Origin: Candidatus Oxydemutatoraceae bacterium | GTDB taxonomy: Bacteria; Pseudomonadota; Gammaproteobacteria; Poriferisulfidales; Oxydemutatoraceae | DNA: 64,000 nt | Assembly: GCA_965220085.1 (NCBI GenBank) | Contig: CBDCOZ010000003.1 | Span: forward strand, 64,001-128,000 | Direction: 5' to 3' | In this document: positions 1 through 9,712 of the stretch, piece after piece | Layout of the letters: each line of letters starts with the position of its first letter | Numbering within the stretch: the stretch's first letter is position 1 | Notes under the pieces: generated by a model | The model's database searches: none | What the model saw: only the letters and a program-made list of their open reading frames with translations | Told to the model about the DNA's origin: nothing | Position numbers and translations under genes: made by a program

Positions 1-163
1 CCGTTGCGCCCGTTGCGATTGCCAAACCGCCTTCGCTGTGAGTTGAAAGTATCACTGTATACGAACCCCCGCCGCTGCGCAAATCGCGGGAGCACTCTCC
101 GCCGCGGGAGAATGGGGTTAGTGCAAGGAAACTATCCAAAGAGAAAATTGCCTTCCGCGAGCC

Positions 164-192
164 TTGACAGAACGAAACGAAAATGCTAGATT
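164..192 (+). promoter_or_regulatory. Sigma70-type promoter for the enzyme operon
   Basis: TTGACA (164-169), 17-nt spacer, TAGATT (187-192) with extended -10 TG, upstream of the ORF at 351. Confidence 0.6.
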
Positions 193-350
193 CCATACCT
201 TGATTATTAACTAATGTTAATAGTCGCCTTGATCGTTTAGCCTCTATGGTTGAATTCTTCAGGTGCGTGTGGGTTCTTTTTGAACTCCCTCGGAAGTGAA
301 TTTTTGTTCAGCGCACCCCTGAGATTGAGGCGATTTAATATGGAGACGAT

Positions 351-2504
351 ATGCAAAACTGCAATCTTTTTACTATCCGCACATCTGCAAGAAATGTACA
401 GAGTCGGCCGATTCACATCCTGACCTGCGGTCACCTGTCCCCGGAGAGTCCGGATTCGCTTTGTTTGGAACTTCAAACCGCGCAGGAACAAACCCGCGTG
501 GAATTGCCCACAAACTATCTGCGCTGGGTTGCCATAGACTCCGGACTGGAACCTTCCCTGCGGAAACGAGTTGCCGAAAGGTTCCGACAATGGGGCTTGG
601 ACTTTCGCTGCGTTGATGCAGATGGCAGTCAAAACAACACAGGTTCTATCGAGGGTATGTACCGGGCCCGCGAGAAAGTACTGCACTACGCTCGCGAGGA
701 AATCGGACCGGAGTGGATTCTGTGTTGGCTGGACGCCGACCTTCTTTTTTCCTCTTTAGCGGGCACAGAGAGCGGCGCCTCTGTGCGACCAAACTTCTGG
801 CTACACAGCGTGTGGCACTATCACCTGAAGAACCCGGATGTCGACTTGGCAACGGGAGATGTATTGGGCGATTCCCCCGTGCCCGCCGCCTCCTGCTTGA
901 AGGCCAACCTGCAGGATTTACTCGCCCATGAAGAGGGAAAAGTCTGCGCGGGTCCGGAACGCTGGCAGTACAAGGACCCGGCCTACGACCTAAGCGAGAC
1001 TGCTCCTCTACCCGACCTGCCCTTTCCCTTGCACACGGAAGGTCACTGGAAGTGGAATCCTGCCAAGCTCGCACAGACCTTGCTCTGGCGCGGCACCTTG
1101 GCCAGACCTTTGGTGTACAACCGTGCCATTGCGGAGCAACCACATCGCCCCAAGTGGGTACGAGGCGGGGTGACCGTTATCTTCAACCAGAAGGTCATGC
1201 ACCAAGACTACATGGACATGACCTTTGACGGCGGACACAGGCTACGCAGAGGCGACAGCTTCTGGATGCTCAAGGTAGGACACGACCACAAGGCGGGGCA
1301 TTTCCCTCACCCGCTACTACACCTGCGCGAGAATTTTGAGGGCGATGATGAGGCGCTGATTGCCCGGTTCGTTGAGCGCGGGGTAGCCGACTATCTGGGT
1401 GCCGCCACCCTCAAGGCAACCGCCAGATACCTTGAGCAAGGAGGGAATTTCCGCACCTTGCTACAACAAGGCCTGTGCGAGCGACGCAAACGCATCGTCC
1501 AATCCATGTGCGAATGCGGGAAGATGGCTACCGGCCTGACCCACCATCAGGGCATGGCAACCGTAATCCAAGCCATCAATTGCTTTCAGGAGGCGCTACA
1601 GGCTATTTGCGCAAGCCCGTTCGCCACCCAGTTCCGCCAACGCGCTAACTACTATCTGACCGTAAGGAGAACGACTATGACTAAATCGAAAACACACATC
1701 CAAGCCTGCCGTAAACTGGCGGGCGCTTGGGTACGCAACAAACCTGTCCACGACAACCCTAAAGGGCTAACTGCCGTTTGGCAGGACATCAAAACCAGAA
1801 TGGGAGACATGGGATTCACTGTCGTAATAATTGACAACCCCAAGGCATCCCACCGCCCGCTACTAATCTGCCGTCGCGATGCAGGCTCGGGTCGCAGAAC
1901 CGTCGGCTTCATGGGTCACTACGATGTCGAGCCCGTCAAACCATGCGAATGGGACTCAAACCCTTGGGAAATTGACCACAGGGACAATCGCTGGTATGGC
2001 AGAGGACTGGGCGATAACCTACTACCCTTGGCGCAACGGTTGCTGGTCTTGCAGGACAGTTTCCTCGACCTGGATGTGCTCTACATCCTGCAAGGCGAAG
2101 AAGAGATGGGGGGCGAGTTTGCCCGCCAAATCTGCCCGAGCCTGCATTTTGAAGAGGTCGATCTGTGGATTGATGAGACCGGCTATTTCTACAAGGACGG
2201 TGTGCAACGTATCCTCAGCAAGAACAGTACACCCTTGCTGGAACGGATAATCGAAAGGGCGCTTCTACCCGCTCTGGCAGAGTGCGGCAGGACATGGAAG
2301 CGGCGCGAACGCTTGCTGAACAAAGCTTTTGCCGGCAAGGAGTGCCCCCTCCAGAGCAACTTGATTGGCGAGACGGCCTATCTGGGCATCGGGCCCAACG
2401 ACGACCTGTGCGCCATCCACGCCCCCAACGAATCCATGGACCCCGGCCTACTGCCCTTGTGCGAACAGCAATTACGTGCCGTCAGCGAGGAGCTGTCAAG
2501 ATGA
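351..2504 (+). CDS. Fusion: glycosyltransferase-like (GT-A, DxD) N-terminal region plus M20/ArgE-DapE-like metallopeptidase C-terminal region
   Basis: WLDADLLF DxD motif and RRGDSF in the N-half. GHYDVEP, GRGLGDN, QGEEE and HAPNE (M20 motifs) in the C-half. Internal RBS AAGGAG and in-frame ATG at 1677. Confidence 0.65.
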   Translation: MQNCNLFTIRTSARNVQSRPIHILTCGHLSPESPDSLCLELQTAQEQTRVELPTNYLRWVAIDSGLEPSLRKRVAERFRQWGLDFRCVDADGSQNNTGSIEGMYRAREKVLHYAREEIGPEWILCWLDADLLFSSLAGTESGASVRPNFWLHSVWHYHLKNPDVDLATGDVLGDSPVPAASCLKANLQDLLAHEEGKVCAGPERWQYKDPAYDLSETAPLPDLPFPLHTEGHWKWNPAKLAQTLLWRGTLARPLVYNRAIAEQPHRPKWVRGGVTVIFNQKVMHQDYMDMTFDGGHRLRRGDSFWMLKVGHDHKAGHFPHPLLHLRENFEGDDEALIARFVERGVADYLGAATLKATARYLEQGGNFRTLLQQGLCERRKRIVQSMCECGKMATGLTHHQGMATVIQAINCFQEALQAICASPFATQFRQRANYYLTVRRTTMTKSKTHIQACRKLAGAWVRNKPVHDNPKGLTAVWQDIKTRMGDMGFTVVIIDNPKASHRPLLICRRDAGSGRRTVGFMGHYDVEPVKPCEWDSNPWEIDHRDNRWYGRGLGDNLLPLAQRLLVLQDSFLDLDVLYILQGEEEMGGEFARQICPSLHFEEVDLWIDETGYFYKDGVQRILSKNSTPLLERIIERALLPALAECGRTWKRRERLLNKAFAGKECPLQSNLIGETAYLGIGPNDDLCAIHAPNESMDPGLLPLCEQQLRAVSEELSR

Positions 2505-3385
2505 AAATCCAAACACGGGAATTAGCAGACCGGACTGCGGTGTTTGAGGAGTATGCCGCCAGAGTAAATCTGTGCCGCCCGAAGTCTCACGGGCTGTCCG
2601 AATTGCAGCATGTGACCGCCACTCTCATGGTCAGTTGCTGCTACAACAATATACCCATGCTCATCAGGAACCGAGGACGCGCACCTACTTGGGGGGAACT
2701 CGCCGACGACATGCTGTCGGGAATCGGCGGCCCTTGCACCGTGGCCAACATCTTCCTGCGGGAATTCCTGTGCCACCTGGGGTTCAACTGTGAACTCTTA
2801 TCCTGCTACAAAGTCAAGGGCGAACAGAAAGAGCTCATGCACATCGGCCTGCTGGTGCGGGTTGAGCGGGATAATTACTTTTTGGATTTCGGCAACGGCT
2901 ATCCCTACTTCAGCCCCGCTTCCTTTGACGCACCGAATATCCAAAGCCACGGGGGGCTACACTATCGCCTGCAACACAGGGACGGTATGTGGTACGCCAT
3001 GCAACACAAATCTGCCAGAGGATCAAACTTTGGAAAGACTGACAGATTTATAGATGATTTTCTCATTAAACTGGAGCCGAAGCCACTCCGGTACTTTAGC
3101 GACATGATGCATCGGCACTACACGGATTTCGCGTTCTCGCATTTCCTGCGTTCGCTACGCCTGATTAACTTCCCCAACGGAGGAGTCTTTGCACTGCGCG
3201 TCAACCTGAAGGCCGGCAAGCCGCATTGTGTCACTGTCTGTAGCGAAGGCGACAAGCTTCGTATGAAGCCCATCGTACTCAAAGAATTTTCAGAGGTAGT
3301 CAAGCAACATTTCCCGCAACACGCCGAGGGTGTCATCCAAGCTCTTGACCGCCTCATCACCATCGGAGGTAACCATTATGACTGA
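2501..3385 (+). CDS. Arylamine N-acetyltransferase family protein (possible amide synthase)
   Basis: Cys-His-Asp triad contexts GIGGPC, MHIGL and LDFGNG. ATG at 2501 overlaps the upstream stop (ATGA). Confidence 0.75.
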   Translation: MKIQTRELADRTAVFEEYAARVNLCRPKSHGLSELQHVTATLMVSCCYNNIPMLIRNRGRAPTWGELADDMLSGIGGPCTVANIFLREFLCHLGFNCELLSCYKVKGEQKELMHIGLLVRVERDNYFLDFGNGYPYFSPASFDAPNIQSHGGLHYRLQHRDGMWYAMQHKSARGSNFGKTDRFIDDFLIKLEPKPLRYFSDMMHRHYTDFAFSHFLRSLRLINFPNGGVFALRVNLKAGKPHCVTVCSEGDKLRMKPIVLKEFSEVVKQHFPQHAEGVIQALDRLITIGGNHYD

Positions 3386-4580
3386 ACAAATCAACACCGC
3401 CAGCTTTTCCGGCATGACCGGGGAAGCCATGGACTTCTACGAGGAGCACGGCTTCGCGGTTCTGAACAACTGCCTGCCCGACACCGACATCCGGGGGTTG
3501 CAAAGCGGCTTCGCGCGGCTTGTAGCGAACTACTCTGCCGAGATGGAAATGTCGCCGGAGGAATACCTTGCCAGGATTAACCAGTGGCGCGATCTTTGGG
3601 AACAGAGCGAACAATTCCGGGACGTGCTCTGCAACAAAGCTATACATGGCTTGGCGCGGCGCTTCATGCGCCAGAGTCAGGTTCGACTTCTGCACGACCA
3701 TATCATCAGCAAGCCCTACCGAGGTCGTGAGGCCGTTGGCAAAGGCACTAACCAGACTTTGCCCTGGCATCAGGATTACCCCTTCTGGCCGGTCAACACC
3801 CCGCAATCGCTGTCGCTGTGGATACCCTTTGATGATGTTTCGGCAACCGGCGGGTGCATGGAGATTGTGGAGGGATCACACAAGTGGGGCGCCGCTGCGC
3901 CGGTGGACTTTATCATGGATGACCCGGAAAAATTCCGCGACCGGAACGACCTCAACTTCATCAGAATCCCCGCAACAAAAGGCCAAGTGGTAGTCTTGCA
4001 CAGCCTCACTTGGCACCGCTCGCACCCCAACCAAGATGCCGACACCGAGCGCCGCGTCTATATCATCCTGTGGATTCCCGCCTGTGCCGAATACACGCCC
4101 GACACCACCGAATGGCACCCTCTGAACGAGCGCATTCAAGTGAAGACCGGCGAGCAATTGAACGCCGACAAGTTTCCGGTCTTCGGCGAGTGTACGACCG
4201 GACTTGAGCAAAAGACCGAATATGCCGCCGCCGGCAATCAACCCAAACTATCACAGGCTATGGACATGTTCCACGCCAGTGCCCATATTGCCGCTCAGAT
4301 TAACGAACTGATGAGGTGGGACAACAGCGGCGGCTTGGCAACACTTCTGGCAACACCGCAACGACGCATTGCCATCGCCGAAAGATGCGTTGAGCTTGAT
4401 TTAGTTGAAGACAGCAAACTGGACGACTTAATCGAACTGCTGGAACGGCTAGAGGTTTCGAGCTTGGCTTACGCCAAACACAAAGCGCGCAATGTCTTCA
4501 ACGATGCCTACACCGACTGGTGGCGGCTGATTGGCGCACAGCTTCGTAAGGATGCGGTGGAGTTAGAAAATGCATCCTAA
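3378..4580 (+). CDS. Phytanoyl-CoA dioxygenase (PhyH) family Fe/2OG dioxygenase with C-terminal extension
   Basis: FYEEHGF, PWHQDYPFW, GGCMEIVEGSH and WHRSHPN motifs. RBS GGAGG before ATG 3378. Confidence 0.85.
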   Translation: MTEQINTASFSGMTGEAMDFYEEHGFAVLNNCLPDTDIRGLQSGFARLVANYSAEMEMSPEEYLARINQWRDLWEQSEQFRDVLCNKAIHGLARRFMRQSQVRLLHDHIISKPYRGREAVGKGTNQTLPWHQDYPFWPVNTPQSLSLWIPFDDVSATGGCMEIVEGSHKWGAAAPVDFIMDDPEKFRDRNDLNFIRIPATKGQVVVLHSLTWHRSHPNQDADTERRVYIILWIPACAEYTPDTTEWHPLNERIQVKTGEQLNADKFPVFGECTTGLEQKTEYAAAGNQPKLSQAMDMFHASAHIAAQINELMRWDNSGGLATLLATPQRRIAIAERCVELDLVEDSKLDDLIELLERLEVSSLAYAKHKARNVFNDAYTDWWRLIGAQLRKDAVELENAS

Positions 4581-5895
4581 TGTGATAGCTATCGTCGGTT
4601 CGGCAGGAAAAATTCCCGCATCCCTACGTCGCATAGCCGAAGAATTGGCCGCCGAGCTGAGCGCACGTGGTTTTGACCTCGTTGCCGGCGGTATGGACGG
4701 CATCATGCGTGCTGTGGCCAAGGGTTGCGCAAACTCAACCGGAGGACGCCTGCTGGCTATACACCCCGGCTGGGGCAATCCTTGGCAATCCAATCCCTGG
4801 CGGCAGACCACCCTGAGGACGCAGTTGGGCACCATGCGCAACCATCTGGTGGTACAAGCGGCGGATTTGGTAGTAGCGCTTGGCGGCGGCAGCGGCACCC
4901 TAAGCGAAATCGCCATCGCCTGGCAACTGAAAAAGCCCATCGCCGCCCTGACCGGTTGCGGGGGCTGGAGCGAAAAGCTTGCGGGACAGCAACTGGACAA
5001 AAGACGCTCACAGCCGATTCACAGTTGCGACAGCGTGGGGGAAATCGTCGCTTGGGCGGAGAGTATGCGGCCTCAGGGGGTGGTGGCGGGCAGGCTTAAC
5101 CGCGACATCTATCCCTTGCGCGTAGCAACCCTGCACAGAGTTCAGTCCCCGACCGACACCGACGCGCCGGTCCACGCCGTGCATCGCCAATTCGGCATGA
5201 GCCTGCCTCTGGACACCTGCGCCGAACAACTTGTGCTCTTTGACCGGGAAGTTGCGGCATGGAATGAGGAGAAGCTGGCTAATGCTCTGGGACTGGTGAC
5301 TTTTGACGACGGCTGGAAGGATGTGCTCAATTTGCAGACCGCCTTCTCTGCCTGCCCCAACCTTCTACCCGTAGTCTTTGTCGGCGGCAACCATTTCGGC
5401 GAGCAAGTGCGGCCCTTGCCGCTACAGCGACTCTACCACCACTGGGGCAACAACTCCCGTAGCAACGGAATCAATGAGCGGTGCCACACCCTGCGCAAGA
5501 AACTCAAATGCTTGCCACAGGTCGAGCAACACCGCACCCTTGACGACGAAGGCATCGATGCCATGCAGAACCCTTCCTGGCTACTGCAACCGGACGACTT
5601 GCAGGCACTGCGACAGAAGGGTTGGCTTGTGGCAGGCCACGCCCATGCCCACGAGGACTTGCGGTGTGCCACTCCCGCAGCCCTGCAAAGTGGGCTGGCC
5701 GAACACCTTGAACAACTGGAGGATCAGGGTTTCACACCGTGGCTGGCTTGGCCCGAGGGCAAGTGGTCGTACGACACTTCGGAGATTGCCGCCAATGTCG
5801 GCATGACCCTGCAATTCGGTCTCGCCGAGGAAAAGATGTGGCGGGACGGACAACCCCTGCCAGATACTATGGTGATACGGGAGCTTTGGCAATGA
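4570..5895 (+). CDS. Fusion: LOG/SLOG (TIGR00725-like) domain plus polysaccharide deacetylase domain
   Basis: VAGGMDGIM, MRNHLVV and GGGSGTLSEI (SLOG). VTFDDGW, GHAHAHEDL and LAWPEG (NodB-like). Confidence 0.8.
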   Translation: MHPNVIAIVGSAGKIPASLRRIAEELAAELSARGFDLVAGGMDGIMRAVAKGCANSTGGRLLAIHPGWGNPWQSNPWRQTTLRTQLGTMRNHLVVQAADLVVALGGGSGTLSEIAIAWQLKKPIAALTGCGGWSEKLAGQQLDKRRSQPIHSCDSVGEIVAWAESMRPQGVVAGRLNRDIYPLRVATLHRVQSPTDTDAPVHAVHRQFGMSLPLDTCAEQLVLFDREVAAWNEEKLANALGLVTFDDGWKDVLNLQTAFSACPNLLPVVFVGGNHFGEQVRPLPLQRLYHHWGNNSRSNGINERCHTLRKKLKCLPQVEQHRTLDDEGIDAMQNPSWLLQPDDLQALRQKGWLVAGHAHAHEDLRCATPAALQSGLAEHLEQLEDQGFTPWLAWPEGKWSYDTSEIAANVGMTLQFGLAEEKMWRDGQPLPDTMVIRELWQ

Positions 5896-6818
5896 TGGGG
5901 AAAGTTCTCGTGACAGGGAGCGAGGGGTTTCTGGGCAAGTACTGCTACGAAGACCTGCGCGACAGGGGGAGCGATGTAGCAGGGTTTGACCTATCTTCGG
6001 GTGGCGATATTCTGGACAAGGAGGCTTTGGCAAAGGCTATGCGGGGTAGGGATGTGTGCGTACATTTAGCCGCCATGGCCGACCTCTACGAATGTGCGGA
6101 AGCCAGAGACAGGTCGGAGAGGGTTAATGTGCTGGGTACCGAACGGGTCGCCAGTGCTTGTTGTGAAACGGGAGTTAAGATGTTGTTCGTCTCCACAGCT
6201 TGCGTTTATGGCAACAACGGCTTTGAAGTCCAGTATGAAACAAACCCCGTCGCACCCACCGAGCACTACTCTAAAACTAAGTGGCAGGGCGAAGGGGTTT
6301 TGGAAGCACTGGCCCGGAGCCGCGGTCTGGAGTACCTGATTCTGCGCCCCGCCACTTTCTACGGTCCGGGAATGCGCGAAGCACTGGCGATTTACAAGCT
6401 CCTCATCGCCCATCTGGAGGGAAAACCCGTGACCATTGAGGGAAGCGGCGAGCAAACCCGTTCCTACACCCATGTCCGCGATGTGGCCAGTGCCATCGGC
6501 CTGCTCCTGCAGAAGTGGCCCGAAGATCCTTGCAGGATCTACAACTGTGCCGGAGATGAAACCCACAGTGTCCGTGAACTGCTGGCGTTATGTAGGAACA
6601 TATCAGGTCATAGTGTGGCGCAACGAGATGTACGAGATAGGGAAGGGCAGATTTACAGAAGCCATATCAACTCCACGCGCCTGTGCACACTAGGCTGGAA
6701 ACCAAAGATTTCACTGCGACAGGGTCTGCTGGACCTTTACCGCCAGCTTTGCAATCAGGAACCATCCTTCCCGGAATGGACCGGCACAGCACAACTGGCA
6801 GATATTTCCCAAACATAA
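5892..6818 (+). CDS. NAD-dependent epimerase/dehydratase
   Basis: VLVTGSEGFLG, HLAA, YxxxK (YSKTK), FYGPG and RSYTHVRDVA motifs. Confidence 0.9.
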   Translation: MMGKVLVTGSEGFLGKYCYEDLRDRGSDVAGFDLSSGGDILDKEALAKAMRGRDVCVHLAAMADLYECAEARDRSERVNVLGTERVASACCETGVKMLFVSTACVYGNNGFEVQYETNPVAPTEHYSKTKWQGEGVLEALARSRGLEYLILRPATFYGPGMREALAIYKLLIAHLEGKPVTIEGSGEQTRSYTHVRDVASAIGLLLQKWPEDPCRIYNCAGDETHSVRELLALCRNISGHSVAQRDVRDREGQIYRSHINSTRLCTLGWKPKISLRQGLLDLYRQLCNQEPSFPEWTGTAQLADISQT

Positions 6819-6851
6819 CCATCTTCAAGAAAGCCGGTGCACACATTATAG

Positions 6852-6944
6852 ACTCTCCCCTTGTGGGAGAGTGTAATTAGCACCGTGCAACATTCTCCCC
6901 TTGTGGGAGAGTGTAATTAGCACCGTGCAACATTCTCCCCTTGT
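6852..6944. repeat. 40-bp tandem repeat (about 2.3 copies) containing the REP-like hairpin CTCTCCC-CTTGT-GGGAGAG
   Basis: Direct repeat read from the sequence. The same hairpin recurs at 35166, 38605 and 41920. Confidence 0.85.
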
Positions 6945-7101
6945 CTTAGACGCGGGGGCAAGCAAGTGCGACTCTGCCGCGCGGGAGGGTCGGTAGCGCA
7001 GCGATCCGGAGAGGGGGTCGCGCTTTGTGCCTTCGCCAAGTGATGTCCGGCAATATCATGGTCATTGTCCGGTCGTCCCATAGTCGCATGATGCCGAAAC
7101 C

Positions 7102-7530
7102 ATGAAAAAAATTATATCGATAGCATGCGGTGCGAAAAAGCAAACTCACCGTGGCAAGGCTTGTGCGTTATATACCGGCGCACTGTTTGCCAAGTCCCTT
7201 CAATATGCAAAGAGTCTGGCGCCAGATGAGGATATATACATCCTGTCGGCAAAGCATCATGTCTTGACACTTGATACTGCGGTTGAGCCGTATAACAAAA
7301 CGCTCAATGTTATGAAGAAACAAGACAGGTTGGCATGGGCTGAAAAAGTATTGCAGCAACTCCGCAAGCGGGCGGGCCTTGATAAGGACACATTCACTTT
7401 CCTTGCCGGCGCGAAATACCGGGAGTTCCTTGTTCCTCGCATAGCGCATCACCGCATACCATTAGCGGGGCTTCCGATAGGAAAACAACTCAGGCATCTT
7501 GATGCATTAAATAAAGAGCATGCGAAATGA
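7102..7530 (+). CDS. DUF6884-like protein
   Basis: IACGAKK, LYTGALF, ILSAKH, EPYNKTL, LAGAKY and LPIGKQL are typical of this family. Confidence 0.75.
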   Translation: MKKIISIACGAKKQTHRGKACALYTGALFAKSLQYAKSLAPDEDIYILSAKHHVLTLDTAVEPYNKTLNVMKKQDRLAWAEKVLQQLRKRAGLDKDTFTFLAGAKYREFLVPRIAHHRIPLAGLPIGKQLRHLDALNKEHAK

Positions 7531-7682
7531 GCAAGAGTTGTTGCGTGGCACAAGGCACAAGGCGGAAGCTTTCCCTCTTTGGCGTAGCAAGGCCACGTCG
7601 ACTCCCCCGCAAAGGGGAAAGTATTAGAGAGAAAACGGGAGAAACCCCCCGCTAATCAGCCGGCTCCCCCGCAAGGAGGAGA

Positions 7683-8004
7683 TTAGTCAGTGCGAGACTT
7701 GCGGAGCACGACATAGTCCCGCTCTATCTCTCGGCGGAAGTTATCCGGCAGGGTCGCCCAGTCGCGCACTTCCGCCAGAAACGGGATAGTAGAATCACAG
7801 GGCTTGGATGAGGCCGGCAAGGTCTTCGCGCGGGATTGGTTGCAGGCGGGGCGCGCGGAGTACGAGGTCAAGGTCGCTGCCGTCGTGGGCACGACCGTTG
7901 ATGCGGCTGCCGTAAGCCCAGACTTCCGCATCGGGCAGGCGCTTGCGGAGCAATGCCTCCGGCATGGCGCGATGACGAGGTTGCAGATGCAGACGCTCAG
8001 TCAT
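7683..8004 (-). pseudogene. Minimal nucleotidyltransferase (MNT) antitoxin, frameshifted near 7797
   Basis: VWAYGSR...SDLDL motif in one frame. The C-terminus (STIPFLAEVRDWATLPDNFRREIERDYV) is in another frame. Confidence 0.75.
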
Positions 8005-8419
8005 TCTTCGCCGCCCGAATGGCGGCAGCAAGTGCGCGAGCATCAATGATGAATTGCGGCAGGAGCGCCAGCGTCTTTTCAGCAAAATGAATACCGTAGT
8101 CATGGGCGGCGCTGTTGCGGTTGTCACGGTATTGCAACCAGCGTTCGCAAGCGGCGGCATCCAGCAGGTCGTGTTTGGCAACGTGACGGAAAATATCTCT
8201 AAAATTGTAGGCATCCGCTTGGCGATTGCTGGCAAAGTAATCAGCCAGACATTTACGCAATAACTTGCCGCTTTGCTCCAGAATAATTTCAAACTCTTTG
8301 ACGCAAGCGGCGCGATACACTTCGTAATCGATGGCATCCGGTGTGTTGTTGCGCAGTTGTTCCAGCGCCCTCTCCAGTGCGCGAATGCAACGCTCCGGAA
8401 AGCCAGTGTCTATACTCAT
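7997..8419 (-). CDS. HEPN-type nucleotidyltransferase substrate-binding protein (HI0074-like toxin)
   Basis: ACVKEFEIILE and the RNxxxH motif (RNSAAHDY). Adjacent to the MNT gene. Confidence 0.8.
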   Translation of the reverse strand: MSIDTGFPERCIRALERALEQLRNNTPDAIDYEVYRAACVKEFEIILEQSGKLLRKCLADYFASNRQADAYNFRDIFRHVAKHDLLDAAACERWLQYRDNRNSAAHDYGIHFAEKTLALLPQFIIDARALAAAIRAAKND

Positions 8420-8523
8420 TAAACTTCGTAATCGATGGCATCCGGCGCGTTGTTGTTCAATTGTTCCAGCGCCCTCTCCAGTGCGCGAATGCAACGCTCC
8501 GGAAAGCCGATGTCTATACTCAT
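8419..8523 (-). repeat. Duplicated 5' end of the HEPN gene forming a 34-aa leader ORF
   Basis: 104-bp tandem duplication encoding MSIDIGFPERCIRALERALEQLNNNAPDAIDYEV*, whose TAA overlaps the real ATG (TAATG). Confidence 0.8.
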
Positions 8524-8600
8524 TTTATATTGCCCGAGCGCGCAAGCCTTATTTTTTGGGGCTTATATCCGAATAGCCATTTTGGCTAGTATGGCAGCCC

Positions 8601-9068
8601 TTATTTTTTGTCGGGGTTGTAGTAGCCGGCGCCGAAGACATATCCGTCATGCAGCTTGATGAACGACCGCTTGGGGTCGTCTTTGCCGCTTGCCGGATTG
8701 AGGACGACATACTCGACCCAAACGCCTTCGGGGGTGGCGCTCTCTATCAGGGTCACTCCTTCGTCATTGCGGGTCTTTGCCAGAATGCTTATCGTGTTGA
8801 CGCGCTCCTTATAGGCGCCGTGTGCGACTCTCTTCCCCGTGCGGGGGTCAAGCACAAACGGGTAGCCTTTGTCCGCGCTGCTCAGATGCTTGGCGGTGAT
8901 TTTTGCAAACGCCTGTTCGCGACCTTCTGTGTCGTACAGGAGTATCGCCTGCTCCGTCAGGTCTTGCGCATTCTGTTCGCGCTCGGAGAGCGACACTTTG
9001 TTAATGGTCACAGCTATTAGAGCGGCGACGGCGACTAACAATATCAGACTGAAAAATTTTGTACCCAT
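8601..9068 (-). CDS. Small membrane-anchored single Cache-domain protein
   Basis: N-terminal hydrophobic segment, then YPFVLD, AHG, GVWVEY, PKRSFIK and YVFGAGYY. Start is uncertain (9068 or 9095). Confidence 0.75.
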   Translation of the reverse strand: MGTKFFSLILLVAVAALIAVTINKVSLSEREQNAQDLTEQAILLYDTEGREQAFAKITAKHLSSADKGYPFVLDPRTGKRVAHGAYKERVNTISILAKTRNDEGVTLIESATPEGVWVEYVVLNPASGKDDPKRSFIKLHDGYVFGAGYYNPDKK

Positions 9069-9519
9069 GCGACACATTCTAGCATCATCTGACATCGCTC
9101 CCCCTCGCGCCGTCTTAAAGCGCTTGGTTTCGGGGGGATGCCGGAGATGACAAATGCCCGAAAAATGAATGCGTTCAATGGACGCTTTCGCCGCTTCTTC
9201 GGGAAGAGTCTGCGGAATTTGAAGAGGGTTTGTTGGGGGCCGAGTATGCGACATTCAATGATCGTCGGATATTAAACCATAACAGATACAGTGATAAGCG
9301 GCTGAGGTGGTAAGCGTCCATACTGGCTTTTATGCCGCGTTTCTCCCATAATGTAAGGGCTTCAAGTTTCTGTTAGGTCGTATGACTCATAGTTGCCTCC
9401 TGTAATGCAAAAGCAGCTATTTTATAGAGACCTCTGATGCCGTAGCCGATGTGTTGCTATTGCATGTCGGTTACGTTTTTTGTTGAAGTCAAGAATCCGG
9501 AATGTTTCTGGCATTATTC

Positions 9520-9675
9520 ACCCATAAAAGGAATACCGTCAAATCATGAAGACGAAAAAGGAAGCAGCTGGGCCCAGATGACAAATTATCCGCAACTTCG
9601 CGCACAGGAATTGCGGGTAGCCACGCACCCTTCGGGTTACAAAGAAGCCGCTTTATCGGGGAGCATCGGGTGATG
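9520..9675 (+). repeat. Partial diverged copy A of the priA upstream region
   Basis: Aligns with about 25753-25908 and 27068-27222, and ends at the ATG equivalent to the priA start. Confidence 0.9.
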
Positions 9676-9712
9676 CACACGACATAGCCCTTCGCCTGCA
9701 AAATAAAAGCGA

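Noticed and set aside
240-331. Imperfect long hairpin in the leader of the enzyme operon as a riboswitch
   Set aside because: Pairing is patchy and I recognise no riboswitch consensus. It cannot be supported without folding or covariation analysis.
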